A stretch of 64,000 bases of DNA from an uncultured Acidobacteriaceae bacterium (GTDB lineage: Bacteria > Acidobacteriota > Terriglobia > Terriglobales > Acidobacteriaceae). Under the pieces are notes generated by a model that ran no database searches, had not been told where the DNA came from, and worked only from the letters and a program-made list of their open reading frames with translations. Each line of letters opens with the position of its first letter. Position 1 is the first letter of the stretch. Shown here in pieces: positions 51,647-60,600 of the stretch. Both the position numbers and the translations under genes were made by a program. Location of the stretch: contig CAWFAY010000014.1 in the NCBI GenBank assembly GCA_963813905.1, forward strand, positions 149,875 to 213,874, in the 5' to 3' direction.

Positions 51647-51732
51647 ACACGTTACGAAGCGGAGTACTGCGCATCACTATATAGAGCAACTTAGAAACAT
51701 TCTGAGTCCACGGACTCGTCCGCAAGGTTTCG

Positions 51733-52827
51733 ATGGGACGTCACAACCTGCTTCTCCGATTGTTGATCATAGCGACGACGCTGACGCTAGTTCGCTGCGG
51801 TGGTAGCAACAATAACAACACCCAGACGATGAATAATGGCGGACAGAATATGCAAGCGCCGTCAGTCATGCTGAACACACCCAGCCCGGGAGCGAGTCAG
51901 CTCTCAGGCCGTGTTTCGGGTGTGGACAACAGTAAATACAAGGTTGTAATTTATGCCTTGACCAACCAATGGTACGTTCAGCCATTCGCCGACGCTCCTT
52001 ACACCAACATAATATCCTCTGATGGATCATGGAGCAGCTCGACAAACCCTTGGCAGAGCCTCGTGGTGCTGCTGGTTGACCCGAACATCTACAAGCCCGC
52101 GGCGACGGAGATCACCAACCCGGCACTGGATGCGAACGTTGCTACTTACACTGTGTACCCAGCAGGTCCGGTCAGTGTGATGTTTAGCGGTTTCACCTGG
52201 GGAATCAAGACTACGGGAACCGCGCCGAGCGATCATTTTGATCCCGGCCCGAACTTCTGGTCGAATGATCCATCTGTGGTCCACGTCGCCAGCGACGGTC
52301 TCCACTTGAAGCTTAGTCAAATTAATGGAGTGTGGCAGTGCGGCGAAGTTTACCTCACACGATCGCTTGGATACGGTACCTATACCGTGCAAGTCAACTC
52401 ACGCCTCGATCAGCTCGATCAGAATACCGTGGCCGCCCCGCTGTTCATTTACGCCGCGCCTGGACAGGAGCTGGATAACGAGTATAGCGGTCTCGGGGGG
52501 CTTGTTCCCGCGCCGAATAACGCCCAGTTCGTAGTCCAGCCGTACACCGTGCAGGGGAATATCAAGTATTATTTGCAGCCGGCCGCCACTCAAATAACAA
52601 CGCAGATGGAGTGGCGTTCCGACCACGTAACCTTTCGTGCATGGAATGGGTGGGCGACCACGCCCGCTTCCACCGACATCATTTACCAATGGTCCTACAT
52701 GGGAGGAAACATCCCTCCCGTCGGCCAGGAGCGCGTACATATCAACCTGTGGCTGCTGAGTGGCAGCGCGCCGACTGGTGGTAGCGGTGACGAGATGGTG
52801 ATCAATTCTTTTGTGTTCCAGCCGTGA
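51733..52827 (+). CDS. Lipoprotein with a concanavalin-A-like / GH16-like domain
   Basis: Signal plus LVRCGG. The C-terminal roughly 230 aa contain GQELDNEYSG (an ExDxE-type GH16-like motif) and a beta-sandwich pattern. Its stop overlaps the next gene's GTG (GTGA). Confidence 0.55.
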   Translation: MGRHNLLLRLLIIATTLTLVRCGGSNNNNTQTMNNGGQNMQAPSVMLNTPSPGASQLSGRVSGVDNSKYKVVIYALTNQWYVQPFADAPYTNIISSDGSWSSSTNPWQSLVVLLVDPNIYKPAATEITNPALDANVATYTVYPAGPVSVMFSGFTWGIKTTGTAPSDHFDPGPNFWSNDPSVVHVASDGLHLKLSQINGVWQCGEVYLTRSLGYGTYTVQVNSRLDQLDQNTVAAPLFIYAAPGQELDNEYSGLGGLVPAPNNAQFVVQPYTVQGNIKYYLQPAATQITTQMEWRSDHVTFRAWNGWATTPASTDIIYQWSYMGGNIPPVGQERVHINLWLLSGSAPTGGSGDEMVINSFVFQP

Positions 52828-54602
52828 GAGGGGGCTGCGTGAGGAAACTCGTTCTCGGGGCGATGGTTTGTGGCTTAATAGCGTTCTGGGCCACAGCAGG
52901 GCTTGTCTCGGAGGCACAAACCCTCACCACGTTGGTGGACTTCAACGGTACCAACGGTAGCTCGCCTTCGTTTTCGGCTCTTGTGCAAGGGACCGACGGC
53001 AACTTCTACGGGACGACCGTCGATGGCGGCCTCGGCGGCCGGGGCACGGTCTTCAGAATGTCCTCAAGCAACCAGTTGACGACGCTGTGGAGTTTTCTTG
53101 GTCCGTATGACGGCATAAATCCCAGAGGTGGTTTGGTGCAAGGCAGCGACGGGAATTTCTACGGAACCACCTCTTTGCTCGGAACCCACGGTCGGGGCAC
53201 TGTCTTCAAAATCACGCGAGACGGCATGCTGACACCGCTGTATAGCTTCAGTGGCTCTGACGGCGCTTATCCAGAAAGTACCCTGGTCCTGGCCCGCGAC
53301 GGAAATTTTTACGGAACCACGCGCAATGGGGGAACTGACAATAATTGCTTTAACGGATGTGGCACGATTTTTCGGATAACCCCGGCAGGCGTGCTCACTA
53401 CGCTGCACAGCTTCAGCTACATCAGCGGTCATTATCCTGTCGGGGCATTGGTGCAAGCTATCGATGGGAACCTCTACGGAACCACTAACGGTGACGGGTT
53501 TTTCGGTTCCGATATGGCATTCAAAATCAGCATACAGCCCCCATACACGCTGACTCCGCTGCACGTATTCGACTTTTACAGCGACGGTGGTTTTCCCAAT
53601 GGCGGCCTCGTGCAGGCTGCGGACGGGTACTTCTACGGTACGGCAGAATATGGGGGGAGCAGCAGCAACTGCAGCTTTGATCGCTGTGGCACCGTCTTCA
53701 AGATGACCCCTGATGGTCAGCTGACGCCTATGCATAGCTTCGCAGGCACGGACGGGGGCGTACCTATCGGCCCGCTAGTGCTCGCCACAGACGGCACTCT
53801 CTATGGGACCACCGAGGAGGGCGGAACTGGTCTCAATTGTACGGAGGGCTGTGGCACTGTGTTCCAAATCATCCCGGAGTCGCCGTACACGCTGACCACG
53901 CTATATAACTTCGACAGTGCTGATGGTGCTAACCCGAACAGCGGGCTGCTGCAAGTCACCAGCCCTGAATTCTATGGAACAACTGCTGCAGGCGGGTCTG
54001 GCGGGAACTGTATGGGTGGCTGTGGCACGATCTTCAGCCTCTCACTTCCACCGGTCACGCTGTCCGTGAGCAAGACGGGCAACGGCACCGTCATCAGCGG
54101 CGATGGGTACATCTATTGCGGTGAAATGTGCTCCTATCTGTACATTCATGGCACGCGAGTCGGGCTGGTGGCCGTTCCTGCTCCCGGTTACACGTTTAGC
54201 AATTGGACTGGCTGCGACAACGTGCAGGGCGATGTATGTGTGGTGGCGATGTCGAGCGCCCGAGACGTTACTGCCACTTTCGATGCGACGCAAATCACAC
54301 TGACTTCGCTGACGTTCAAGCCTTCTTACGTAAAGGGCGGGCAACTGTCGGCTGGCACGCTCACGCTCAGTGGTCCGGCTCCCTCGGGAGGACTGGGTGT
54401 CGCCCTCAGCAGTGACCATCCCAACGTCGCGCACCCTCCGTCGTTGGTCCTGGTTCCCGGGGGCAAGAGCTCCATCGTCTTCGGTGTGAATACCTTCCCG
54501 GTTAAAACAAACACGACGGTGATGATCACGGCCACGGCGGGCGCATCGCAGGTCAGCGGAACCTTGACCGTGGGTACGGGGTATTCGCAATCGGCGAAAT
54601 GA
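52824..54602 (+). CDS. Secreted GloVer-repeat protein, paralog 5 (most divergent propeller)
   Basis: GTG at 52824, or an in-frame GTG at 52839. Signal ...GLVSEAQT, seven ..YGT(T/A) units, InlB-B-like module, conserved tail GYSQSAK*. Confidence 0.8.
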   Translation: MRGGCVRKLVLGAMVCGLIAFWATAGLVSEAQTLTTLVDFNGTNGSSPSFSALVQGTDGNFYGTTVDGGLGGRGTVFRMSSSNQLTTLWSFLGPYDGINPRGGLVQGSDGNFYGTTSLLGTHGRGTVFKITRDGMLTPLYSFSGSDGAYPESTLVLARDGNFYGTTRNGGTDNNCFNGCGTIFRITPAGVLTTLHSFSYISGHYPVGALVQAIDGNLYGTTNGDGFFGSDMAFKISIQPPYTLTPLHVFDFYSDGGFPNGGLVQAADGYFYGTAEYGGSSSNCSFDRCGTVFKMTPDGQLTPMHSFAGTDGGVPIGPLVLATDGTLYGTTEEGGTGLNCTEGCGTVFQIIPESPYTLTTLYNFDSADGANPNSGLLQVTSPEFYGTTAAGGSGGNCMGGCGTIFSLSLPPVTLSVSKTGNGTVISGDGYIYCGEMCSYLYIHGTRVGLVAVPAPGYTFSNWTGCDNVQGDVCVVAMSSARDVTATFDATQITLTSLTFKPSYVKGGQLSAGTLTLSGPAPSGGLGVALSSDHPNVAHPPSLVLVPGGKSSIVFGVNTFPVKTNTTVMITATAGASQVSGTLTVGTGYSQSAK

Positions 54603-54610
54603 ACGTAAGG

Positions 54611-54702
54611 ATGCATTCTCTACCTGGTAAGTATCGCCATCGTCTGGTTCGTCCACCCGGCACAGCGAAGGAAAGCGGTCAGCGAAGAATGCGGGAGAGT
54701 AG
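54611..54702 (+). other. Relic of the tatC 3' end (duplication scar 3)
   Basis: Translates ILYLVSIAIVWFVHPAQRRKA.... TatC has IILYLVSIAIAWFVHPAQRRKRA.... Both are followed by tagccc. Confidence 0.85.
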
Positions 54703-54762
54703 CCCAGGAACGCTAGCGATGCTCCGAGAGAAAAGAGCCGAGCCGCCTCACGGGGAAATGCC

Positions 54763-54791
54763 TTGACACCACTCGCCGAGTAGGCGATAGT
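54763..54791 (+). promoter_or_regulatory. Putative promoter of paralog 6 (TTGACA-N17-GATAGT)
   Basis: Conserved cassette; see 42555. Confidence 0.45.
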
Positions 54792-54834
54792 TCGAAAGCA
54801 TTCTTTGGGTCGTTACTGGCCGGCCGGAGGTTCT

Positions 54835-56506
54835 ATGCGGCGTGCCATTGTCGTGCTCGCCTTCTGCACCGCTATCGCGATTACCTCGCCCGCTCAAACC
54901 CTCACGACCCTGGTGAATTTCGACGGAGCCAACGGTTATGCTCCGAGTTCGACTCTCATCCAGGGCACCGACGGGAACTTCTACGGGTACCGCGAGCGAG
55001 GGCGGGGCTAACGGCGAAGGCACGATCTTCAACGTTACCTCCGATGGCAAGCTGACTACCCTGCACGACTTCGATTTCGCCGACGGCGCTACCCCTTTTG
55101 CGGGGCTGGTGCAAGCCACCGATGGGAACTACTACGGAACAACCTTCCTTGGCGGAGCCGATTTCGATGGCACCGTGTTCAAAATCACCCCCGACGGCAC
55201 GCTGACCACCCTGCATAGCTTCGGCACCGCCAACGGCGGCGTTAACCCTAATGCCGGGCTGGTGCAAGCCACCGACGGAAGCTTCTATGGGACAACCGTT
55301 TCTGGCGGGCCGGGGTCCAGCAATGGCACAGTCTTCAAAATCTCTGCCGACGGCACGCTGACTGCCCTGCACAGCTTCAACGGCGCGGATGGATCTTACC
55401 CTTATGCCGGGCTGGCGCAAGCCACCGACGGAAACTTCTACGGGACAACCACCCTTGACGGGGCGCACGGCAGCGGCACCGTGTTCAAAATCACCTCCGC
55501 GGGCGTACTGACCACTTTATACAGTTTCGCCGGAACGGATGGCTCTAACCCTTATGCCGGGCTGGTGCAAGCCACCGATGGGAACTTTTATGGGACTACT
55601 TTCCATGGCGGGTCGAATAACGACGGTAGCGTCTTCGAAGTCACGCCTGGGGGCGCGCTGACCATCCTGCACAGTTTCGCCGGAGCGGATGGCTCTAACC
55701 CCTATGCCGGGTTGGTGCAAGCCACCGATGGGAACTTTTATGGGACTACTTTCTATGGCGGAGCCAATAACGATGGTACCGTCTTCCAAATCACCCCTGC
55801 GGGCGTGCTGACCACCCTGTACAGTTTTGCCGGAACGGATGGCGCTAACCCTTATGCCGGGCTGGTGCAAGCTACCGACGGGAACTTTTACGGCACAAAC
55901 GTCAGCGGCGGAGCCAGCAACGAGGGCACGGTCTTCCGCTTCGACACCGGCCTTTTTGCCGGCCTGTCGGTGACCAAGGTGGGCAACGGCACCGTCATCA
56001 GCGGCGATGGACACATCTACTGCGGCGGCGTCTGTGCCTATCCGTACCCTAAAGGAATACAAGTCGGGCTGACCGCCGTTCCGGCCCCCGGCTACACCTT
56101 CAGCGGTTGGACTGGCTGCGACAACGTGCAAGGCGATGTATGTGTGGTGATGATGTCGAGCGCGAAGGCTGTAACTGCAACCTTCGATGTTGCGCAAATC
56201 ACGCTGACTTCGCTCACGTTCAAGCCGTCGTTTGTAAAGGGTGGCCAGCTCTCCGCAGGAACGCTAACCCTGAGCGCTCCGGCGCCTCCTGGCGGACTGG
56301 GTGTCGCTCTCAGCAGTGATCATCCCAGCGTCGCACATCCACCATCATTCGTCATCGTTCCCGGAGGCAAGAGCTCCCTCATATTCGGTGTGGTCACCTT
56401 CCCGGTGAAGGTCAACACGCCAGTGACGATCACAGCAACAGCGGGCGCATCGCAGGTCAGCGGAATGTTGACTGTGGGCACATCATTCTCGCAATCGGCA
56501 AAATAA
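54835..56506 (+). pseudogene. Secreted GloVer-repeat protein, paralog 6, frame broken inside the first repeat (54985-54990)
   Basis: MRRAIVVLAFCTAIAITSPAQT...IQGTDGNFYG then stops. The family sequence (T)ASEGGANGEGTIFNVT... continues in another frame. tacgggTaccgcg has one extra base. Confidence 0.8.
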
Positions 56507-56533
56507 CTGGGCTCGACTGCGAATCCAGAAGAT

Positions 56534-56990
56534 CGCGGGTGCCCATCCAAGCCTTTGTGTGGCTTGGGTGGGAGCTCTACAGAGTGTCACTGAGACGGCT
56601 CTCCGCGGGTGCCCATCCAATCGTTCGTTTGGATTGAGTGGGAGTTCTACAGAGTGTCACTGAGACGGCTCTCCGCGGGTGCCCATCCAAGCGTTCGTTT
56701 GGATTGAGTGGGAGTTCTACAAAGTTTCACGGACATGTGTGATCCCGATCGTTCCACTTTGTCGTGTCATCCCGAGCGCAGCCGAGGGATCCGCAGTTGC
56801 CTGGTGCCGCATCCAAGCCTTCGGTTGGTTTGGGTGGGAGTTCTACAAAGTGTCACTGACATGTGTGATCCCGATCGTTCCACTTTGTCGTGTCATCCCG
56901 AGCGCAGCCGAGGGATCCGCAGTTGCCGGGTGCCGCATCCAAGCCTTCAGTTGCCTTGGGTGGGAGTTCTACGAACTGTCACTCGGGTCT
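56534..56990. repeat. Composite tandem repeat array: three 70-bp units, with the third extended into roughly 125-bp units (x3)
   Basis: cgcgggtgcccatccaa... starts at 56534, 56604 and 56674. The longer unit (g/t)ggtgcc(g)catccaagcc...gtcatcccgagcgcagccgagggatccgcagttgcc restarts at 56802 and 56928. A single related copy lies at 50833-50890. Confidence 0.85.
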
Positions 56991-57610
56991 TCGACGTGCT
57001 CTTGATCCCACTCATTCCAAGACTGAAGGAATGAGTTGGGGCACTCGGCGTGGGCTCCGCCGACCAGACAATTCCAGCCCAACGCGGAAGCGTTGGGAAC
57101 ACGGCCCCTAATTACCCCCGAGCCCCTTTCAGGGGCGGCACAAAACAAGAGTGTCGCCGGTTGAAACCGGCTCAGGAACAAATAAACCGACGCTGTCCCA
57201 GTGCTTCCGCACTGGGCTGGAATTGTGTCACCTCAGGTTTGTCATCCTGAGCGGAGCGATCCGCCGCAGGCGGAGAGCGCGGTCGAAGAGCCTGCCCTGA
57301 GCGCAGTCGAAGGGACCTGCTTTTGAGCCTTGTATCACGCCGGGTGCCCACTCATTCCTTCGTTTGGAATGTGTGGGAGACACACGGCAGGCACTACAAC
57401 TCCCTGAGCGCAGGGACGAAGTTGTGTAGTAGGTTGAACTGAAATCAGGAAGTTGGGCAATACCGTTCTGGCCAACGAGCACGTCGAAGATCAGCGTCCG
57501 TCCATCCCACTCATTCCAAGACTAGGAATGAGTGGTGCACCAGGCCACCCGTCCGTCCGTATCGTTATTCCTGGGTTTGCCCAGGATAACCCGTTGTACA
57601 CTGGTGCCTT
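56991..57610. repeat. Field of unrelated short perfect hairpins (REP-like)
   Basis: Examples: cccactcattcc...ggaatgagttggg, cccaacgc-ggaa-gcgttggg, gccggt-tgaa-accggc, cccagtgc-ttcc-gcactggg, and gtcatcctgagcg...gaagggacctgc. Confidence 0.7.
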
Positions 57611-57613
57611 CCC

Positions 57614-60600
57614 ATGCAACAGCTCAACCTGAAGCCCACGCACAAGCTCGTGAAAAACTACTACGAGGCGCTGGGCCAATTCGGCCAATTAAACATTGAT
57701 CACGAGATGGCAGTGCGTAGCGCCTTCCAATCGCTGCTTGCCGGATGCGGCCGCCAGTTCGACTGGACGTTGGTTCCCGAATACGCCATCAACCGGCCAC
57801 CCGCTCGGCTCATCAAGGTTGATGGCGCCATGCTCGACACCTTTCGCCTGACGCACGGTTTCTGGGAGGCCAAGGACGAGCACGATGATCTCGAAAAGGA
57901 AATCCGCCGCAAGTTAGATCAGGGCTATCCGCGCAACAACATCATCTTCCAGGCGCCCGAGCGGGCCGTGCTCATCCAGAACGGAATTCGGCAGGGATTG
58001 CCCGACGATATACGCGACTCCGGCAACCTTGTAGAGCTACTCAAATCGTTCTTCGCCTATCGCGAGCCACATCACGAAGAGTGGGACGAAGCGGTCGCCG
58101 AATTCAAAATTCACATACCCGAGATCGCCAAGGCGGTGCAGGAGAAGATCGAAGAGCAGCAACGGACCAATCCTGCTTTCGTCGAGCGCTTCAAGTCCTT
58201 CTACGAGGTCTGCCGCCAGTCCATCAATCCCAACCTGTCAATCGAAGCGGTCGAGCGGATGCTGGTACAGCATCTGCTGACTGAGCGGATCTTCCAACGC
58301 ATCTTCGACAACCCCGATTTCACCCGCCGCAACGTGATTGCCGTAGAAATCGAAAAGGTCATCGAGTCGATGACCGCCAAACAGTTCAGCCGCAACGCTT
58401 TCCTTAAAGACCTGGATCGTTTCTACAAGGCCATCGAGCTTGCGGCCGACAATACCGAGGATTACAGCGAGAAGCAGCACTTCATCAACACTGTCTACGA
58501 GCGCTTCTTCCAAGGCTACTCGCCCAAAGAGGCCGATACCCACGGCATCGTCTACACGCCGCAGCCCATCGTGGACTTCATGGTGCGCAGCGTGGAAGAC
58601 ATTTTGCAGAAAGAATTTGGGCGCTCCCTCAGCGACAAAAGCGTCCACATCCTTGACCCCTTCGTGGGTACCGGAAACTTCATCACGCGAGTGATGAAGG
58701 AGATCAAGACCAGCGCTCTGCCCTACAAGTATGAGAATGAACTGCACTGCAACGAGGTGATGCTACTGCCGTACTACGTGGCTTCGATGAATATCGAGCA
58801 CGAGTACATGGAGCGGACCGGCGAGTACAAGGCGTTTCCTGGGATTTGTTTGGTGGATACGTTTGAGCTCGCAGAAGCACAGCAGCGCGGACTCTCGTTC
58901 ATGACAGAAGAGAATACGGCGCGAGTTAACAAACAAAAGGAGTCGCCGATCTTTGTAGTGATGGGCAATCCGCCGTACAACGCTGCGCAGGACGTGGAGA
59001 ATGACAGTAACAAGAATCGTATTTACCCACTTCTCCGAAGACGTGTCTGGGACAAGTACGCCGTAGGCTCGAAGGCTACGCTGCTGAACACGCTAAGCGA
59101 CCCATACATCCAAGCATTTCGATGGGCAACCGACAGGTTAGGTGCGAGCGGTATTGTTGCATTCGTCACAAACGGGCGCTATCTCGACGGAGTTGCGACC
59201 GATGCCATGCGACGATGCATCGCGACAGAATTTGACAATGTTTACGTCATCGATCTGGGAGGAGACGTTCGACGGAATCCAAAGCTATCAGGAACAACCC
59301 ACAACGTATTCGGCATTCAGGTCAATGTTGCGATCAGTCTTCTTGTGCGTACCGAAGCAAATACCGGTACGCCAAGACGGGCGAATGTCCTCTACAGGCG
59401 CTTGCCAGAATATGCACGCAGGGAGCAGAAGTTCGCGTATTTGGATCAGGCGGAGTTCGACCATACATGGCAGCGGATCCCAATCTTGCCAAGTGGGGAT
59501 TGGCTGGTTGGCGAAGCCCAAACCAACTTCGCATCGTTGCTACCTCTAGGCACGAAAGAAAGCAAAGGGGCATCGCAGCAAGATGTCGAGGCCGTGTTCA
59601 AGCTCTTTAGCAATGGCGACAAAACGAATCGGGATACTTGGGCATTCAACTTCGATCCTGAGGCGCTTAAAAAAAACATCTGCCGAACGATCAGCTTTTA
59701 CAACGAACATGTTGATCGGCTGCGCCGGTCGAAATCCCGAAAAATAGATGTGGACGCATTTGTCACCAACGACGACAAGAGTATTAGCTGGAGTGGCGAT
59801 CTCAAACAGTCGCTTGAGAGATTTGTCTCAGCGGAATTTGCCATTGAGAAAGTTCGTCGCGCCTATTACCGTCCGTTCACGGCCTGCTGGCTCTTCTTCG
59901 ATAGAGTCCTCAATAATAGGGTTTACCTGTTGCCGCACGTGTTCCCAGATCCGAGGAGCGAAGGCCAGAACCTCGCAATTGGCGTAACAAGCCACTTGCA
60001 ATCACCTTTTGCGACCCTGATCGTCGACAGGCTTCCGTGTCTTGATTTCGGGGGTAGGCCTAGTCAATTCTTTCCGTTCTACGCCTACAAAGAAGACGGC
60101 TCGAACCGCCGCGAGAACATTACCGATTGGGCGCTGAACGAGTTTCGCAAACACGACGACGACCCGAGCATCACCAAGTGGGACATCTTTCATTACGTCT
60201 ATGCAGTGCTGCATCATCCCGAGTATCGCGAGCGCTACGCCGCCAACCTAAAGCGTGAGCTGCCCCGCATCCCGTTTGTGGGGGCTGGTGTGGGTAGAGC
60301 TGGCCTTCAGGCCAGCGTTCCAGCCGATCCCACATCCTCCAGAGCCGGGCTTCAGCCCGGCGGCACGGGGTCTAGCGGCCGCGCTGCCTTGGGTAGCCCC
60401 GGCCTTCCGGCCGGGGAACAGAATCGCGCCGAAGGCGCTTCCTCTCTGCCGAAGGCTAACGCGCAGCCGCCGGCGGAGCGTTACAAGCAGATCCCTCAGG
60501 GGCTCAAGCCCCTTCGGGATAACAAATCATTGGGTGTACCGGAACGCGGGCCTGAAGGCCCGCACTACCCGGAATCGGGGCACGGCCCGCAATGTACCGC

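Noticed and set aside
42627-54900. Twin arginines at positions 2-3 of four GloVer signal peptides (MRRPIL, MRRVVL, MRRAVL, MRRAIV), directly downstream of tatA-tatC, which could suggest dedicated Tat substrates.
   Set aside because: The n-regions are only 3 residues long and lack the S/T-R-R-x-F-L-K context. The h-regions are strongly hydrophobic and the peptides are short (21-24 aa) with a Sec-type A-x-A-like SPAQ/T cleavage region. Two paralogs have MRH or VRK instead. A Sec signal is the simpler reading, and the adjacency is explained by the duplication history.
56534-56990. Regularly spaced repeats that might be a CRISPR array.
   Set aside because: The units are directly tandem (70 and about 125 bp), with no unique spacers between them. 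The repeats are imperfect and belong to REP families seen elsewhere in the window, and no cas genes are present.
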